Part shown: piece after piece, positions 31,729 to 35,373 of the stretch | Layout of the letters: the number at the start of each line of letters is the position of its first letter | Position numbering within the stretch: the stretch's first letter is position 1 | Assembly: GCF_001194135.2 (NCBI RefSeq) | Contig: NC_068982.1 | Location: 51,966,998 to 52,002,370 of the forward strand | From: Octopus bimaculoides | Taxonomy: Eukaryota | DNA: 35,373 nt | Reading direction: 5' to 3' | Made by a program: the position numbers and the translations under genes | The notes under the pieces: model-generated | The model's database searches: none | What the model was told of the DNA's origin: nothing | What the model saw: the letters and a program-made list of their open reading frames with translations, nothing else

Positions 31729-31840
31729 CTTTGTCTCATTTACATTTGAGCACTTCTGTTTTGCAGTCCTATATACCCTTTTGCTTTCATAAAAAGAGAC
31801 AAATATTATTTCTTGTCATATATATGTATATATATGCGTG

Positions 31841-31884
<44 letters not shown>

Positions 31885-32396
31885 NNNNNNNNNNNNNNNN
31901 NNNNNNNNNNNNNNNNNNNNNNNNNNNNNNNNNNNNNNNNNNNNNNNNNNNNNNNNNNNNNNNNNNNNNNNNNNNNNNNNNNNNNNNNNNNNNNNNNNNN
32001 NNNNNNNNNNNNNNNNNNNNNNNNNNNNNNNNNNNNNNNNNNNNNNNNNNNNNNNNNNNNNNNNNNNNNNNNNNNNNNNNNNNNNNNNNNNNNNNNNNNN
32101 NNNNNNNNNNNNNNNNNNNNNNNNNNNNNNNNNNNNNNNNNNNNNNNNNNNNNNNNNNNNNNNNNNNNNNNNNNNNNNNNNNNNNNNNNNNNNNNNNNNN
32201 NNNNNNNNNNNNNNNNNNNNNNNNNNNNNNNNNNNNNNNNNNNNNNNNNNNNNNNNNNNNNNNNNNNNNNNNNNNNNNNNNNNNNNNNNNNNNNNNNNNN
32301 NNNNNNNNNNNNNNNNNNNNNNNNNNNNNNNNNNNNNNNNNNNNNNNNNNNNNNNNNNNNNNNNNNNNNNNNNNNNNNNNNNNNNNNNNNNNNNNN
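31885..32396. other. Assembly gap (N run) after (TA)n
   Basis: 512 N. Confidence 1.
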
Positions 32397-33479
32397 TGAT
32401 ATACACATACATGCATGATGGCTGCAATTCCTTTTCAAACTATGCTATCACTTGATTGTTCTCTTAAAGCAGCACAAATGTGGCCTTTCAGTCCTGCTAG
32501 AGATCTATACTCTTTTGCACAGAGGTGTTCAGAATGTTCACCACATATGCTGACACATGCTTCATTTTATCATGACATTTTCCATTGAATATTTTTCCTT
32601 TTTTTTTTGGCTGCAGCCAACCATAGTATGCAACACATAATACAGATATTAATAGAAATGCTAAAAATCAAGCAATGTCTGACATGAAGCCTTTTGAAGT
32701 GTGAAATGAGAAAAGTCTTGCACAAGATAAATCTCATTTTCTAAACAACGTATGCATTTTCCCAAAAAGAACTAGTCTACAACATCAACGTTTTCCTTCT
32801 AGAGAGATGCCTAAGCAAAGACCAGTGATTTCTCTCTTCCAGCCATTGGATGGCTGTTGACTCTACTGAGTTCACCTGTCCTTTGACAAGAAGACTTGGT
32901 AGAATTGCTGGTTTACTTACAGACAGCCCAATCCACATGACAGGTTGTACTGGGTTACATGTTACCTGTAGCACTAAGTGTGACCTGGCATAACATACAT
33001 ACACACACAACTATATATATACACATTGTGAAATACAGCTTAAGTTTTATAAGCACACTTCCTGTTTTGGTAAAAAAATGTTTAACCTTGATATCAAGTT
33101 ACCTGAATGGTGTACATACATAATGACTCTTTCATGTCTCAACATTTACACATCATTAATCTATAGTTATATCAAAGGAAAATATTTACAAAATGCTGAA
33201 TAGAGAAGTAGATTGCAGGATTGGTGAACTGGAAAATGACAGTTATCTAACAATTAATACTGATATCAGTTTTGTTAATTTCATTTTACCTTTCTCATAT
33301 TTAAATAGACCACTATAATTTATTCAAATATAGAGGGGGGGGGGGGCTCTCATTATTTTTGACAAAGTCATAGGAAGGGCAGCTCTTCTAGGACAAAGAT
33401 ACTCTGACATAAAACTTGCAGCCAAAACAGTTACCAGTCATCTTTCTATGCTTGGCTTCCGTGCCAGTGACATGTAAAT

Positions 33480-33855
33480 AGCACCACTTGAGCGTGACCG
33501 TTACCAGTGTCGCCTTACTGGCACTTGTGCTGGTGGCACGTGAAAAATCATTTGAGCGAGGTCGTTGCCAGTGCCGCTGGACTGGCTCCTGTGCAGGTGG
33601 CACGTAAAAAACACCACTTTGAGCGTGGCTGTTGCCAGTACCGCCTGACTGGCCCTTGTGCCGGTGGCACATAAAAGCACCCACTACACTCTCGGAGTGG
33701 TTGGCGTTAGGAAGGGCATCCAGCTGTAGAAACTCTGCCAGTTCAGATTGGAGCCTGGTGCAGCCATCTGGTTCGCCAGTTCTCAGTCAAATCGTCCAAC
33801 CCATGCCAGCATGGAAAGCGGACGTTAAACGATGATGATGATGATGATGATGATT
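33480..33855 (+). mobile_element. RTE 3' UTR / RTE-tail element with (GAT)n tail
   Basis: Close match to 29780-30139, ending GGAAAGCGGACGTTAAAC(GAT)n. Confidence 0.85.
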
Positions 33856-34010
33856 TAAATGCATGGAGAGGTTTAGCTAAGAATCTTAGATGAAGGAATA
33901 GTGTTGATAATCTGACTGGTTTAGATATCACATATTCAAATCTGCTTTTTTAATTGAGTTGAGGTGTGTGTGGAGGGGATTCAGAGACCCTCTGTGTGTG
34001 TGTGTGTATA

Positions 34011-34738
34011 TACATGAGGTGATATCAAAAAGTTCCTGGACTAGTTCTGCAGTGCACCAACAGATGGCATCATATGGTTGTGAGTGCAGTGAGAGCTAGT
34101 AGTGACCTTTGTGAGGCAGTGTGCTGAGTGACATTGTTGTGTTGACTTTGCAAGTTGTGAAATTTGTATTTATGTGATCATGTGTATGCTGTAGTCTGTG
34201 ATTTTGTCATAGACAAGAACAAAGAACCAATGTGAAATTTTGTGCTAAACTTGGTAAGTCTGCTGCAGAGATATTAAGAATGCTTCGGCAAGCTTATAGT
34301 GATGAGGCAATGGGTTGTATGCAATGTTTCGAGTGACATAGGCACTTCAGAAATAGAATAACATCCCTGGAAGACAATGTGTGATCTAGAAGACCTACCC
34401 CGAACGTCACCTCCAGAAATGTGGTATTGTGCCTCAAGAATTCGGCAGACCATCAGTTAAGAGTTCTACTGTGATGTTTTGAAACGTTTGAGGAAGGACA
34501 TTCGGTAAAAGTGACTGGATCTGTGGAGTGCAAAGAATTGGATTCTTCACAACAACAATGCACCCTGTCGCCAAGCTCTCCTTACTTATGAGTTTCTCAT
34601 TTCCATAACCACTCTATTCACCAGATTTAGCACCTACAGACTTCCATCTCTTCCTGGATGAAAATGTAGCTCAAAGGTTGTTGTTTTAACACCATTGTTG
34701 AGATCCCGAGTGAATCACAGAAGGTCCTTGACTCACGA
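34011..34738 (+). mobile_element. Internally deleted mariner element (5' TIR plus transposase remnants)
   Basis: TA-TACATGAGGTGATATCAAAAAGTTCCTGGACT 5' end; QRTNVKFCAKLGKSAAEILRMLRQAY..SLED...RP; FYCDVLKRLR..WILHNNNAP (HDNA-like); YSPDLAPTDFHLF. Confidence 0.85.
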
Positions 34739-34744
34739 AAAAAC

Positions 34745-34950
34745 AGTGTAGCAGAATCATTAGCAAGCTGAGCAAAATGCTTAACGTCATTTTGTCTGCC
34801 TTTGCATTCCGAGTTTAAATTCTCCCAGGGTCGACTTTGCCTTTCATCCTTTTGGGTCAATAAAATAAGTACCAGTTGAGCACTGAAATCAACATAATTG
34901 ACTTACCCCATTCCTCGAAATTGCTAGTTTTGTGCCAAAATCTGAAACTA
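34745..34950 (+). mobile_element. SINE family B
   Basis: GCAGAATCATTAGC..AAAATGCTTAACG..CGAGTTTAAATTC..GGGTCGACTTTGCCTTTCATCCTTT..AATAAGTACCAG. Confidence 0.8.
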
Positions 34951-35081
34951 ATGTTAGATGACACCTTTAAAACTGATTTAGAGAAGAGAGATATAATTAC
35001 TTTGTAGTGAATGTTGAGTTGGAAATATACTAGGTTTTTTTGTTGTTTATTTTTCACAATTTTATATGTAATGAAACACAC

Positions 35082-35084
<3 letters not shown>

Positions 35085-35121
<37 letters not shown>

Positions 35122-35373
35122 TGGTTGTCTACTCCTTAAACAGAGTTTGACCACCTCCTGCACCTACACCTTAGCCTTTTCATGGCGTCTGATGTGGCTT
35201 TTTAAACCAGACAGTGTTTTGAAAAAACACCCACACAGATTGCACCTCTGATTTGCACTACCAATACCTGCAAGTAAGTTCTGCTCATTGTGGATCCTAA
35301 CATGTCTTTTAAGACCCCCATTGGATTTGCAAACCCTCTGGCACACACCACATTCAAACGTGTGCACAGACAT
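35085..35373 (-). mobile_element. RTE LINE 3' end: two C-terminal C2H2 fingers, short 3' UTR and (AT)n tail (runs off the window edge)
   Basis: CGVCQRVCKSNGGLKRHVRIH and CNLCGCFFKTLSGLKSHIRRH (both C-x2-C-x12-H-x3-H) with no TGEKP linker. Stop at 35164-35166, ~45 nt UTR ending GACAACCACC, then (AT)n, resembling the RTE end at 14490. Confidence 0.7.

Noticed and set aside
31731-32455. ORFs of ~200-220 aa
   Set aside because: Artefacts of the (TA)n tract and N gap.
33207-33245. 39-bp minus-strand exon candidate (CATTTTCCAG|...|GTAAAT)
   Set aside because: The donor is mediocre, there is no recognisable peptide, and it cannot be linked to other exons.

Overview
AT-rich, repeat-dense eukaryotic non-coding DNA (intronic or intergenic) with two assembly gaps (24830-25228, 31885-32396). 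The tRNA-derived SINE families, RTE tails and (TA)n/(CA)n density look like a coleoid cephalopod, most likely Octopus; this is inferred from recognised repeat families, not from a search. No intact cellular gene can be supported, and nearly all ORFs in the track are LINE or mariner remnants, repeat read-throughs or N-gap artefacts. The window holds an RTE-clade LINE whose 5' UTR and endonuclease are inverted relative to its RT and tail (twin-priming-like), a decayed Tx1/L1-clade LINE with a telomeric-repeat-bearing MITE nested in it, further RTE fragments including C-terminal C2H2 fingers, two mariner remnants, and more than 20 SINE or LINE-tail copies. It also carries many fold-back structures: MITEs with measurable TIRs and in some cases TSDs, a 117-bp tail-to-tail hairpin, perfect 45-bp and 22-bp hairpins whose loops copy their own arms, and three pre-miRNA-sized imperfect hairpins. 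Coordinates were counted by hand; exact ones refer to motifs I indexed, and SINE boundaries are approximate.
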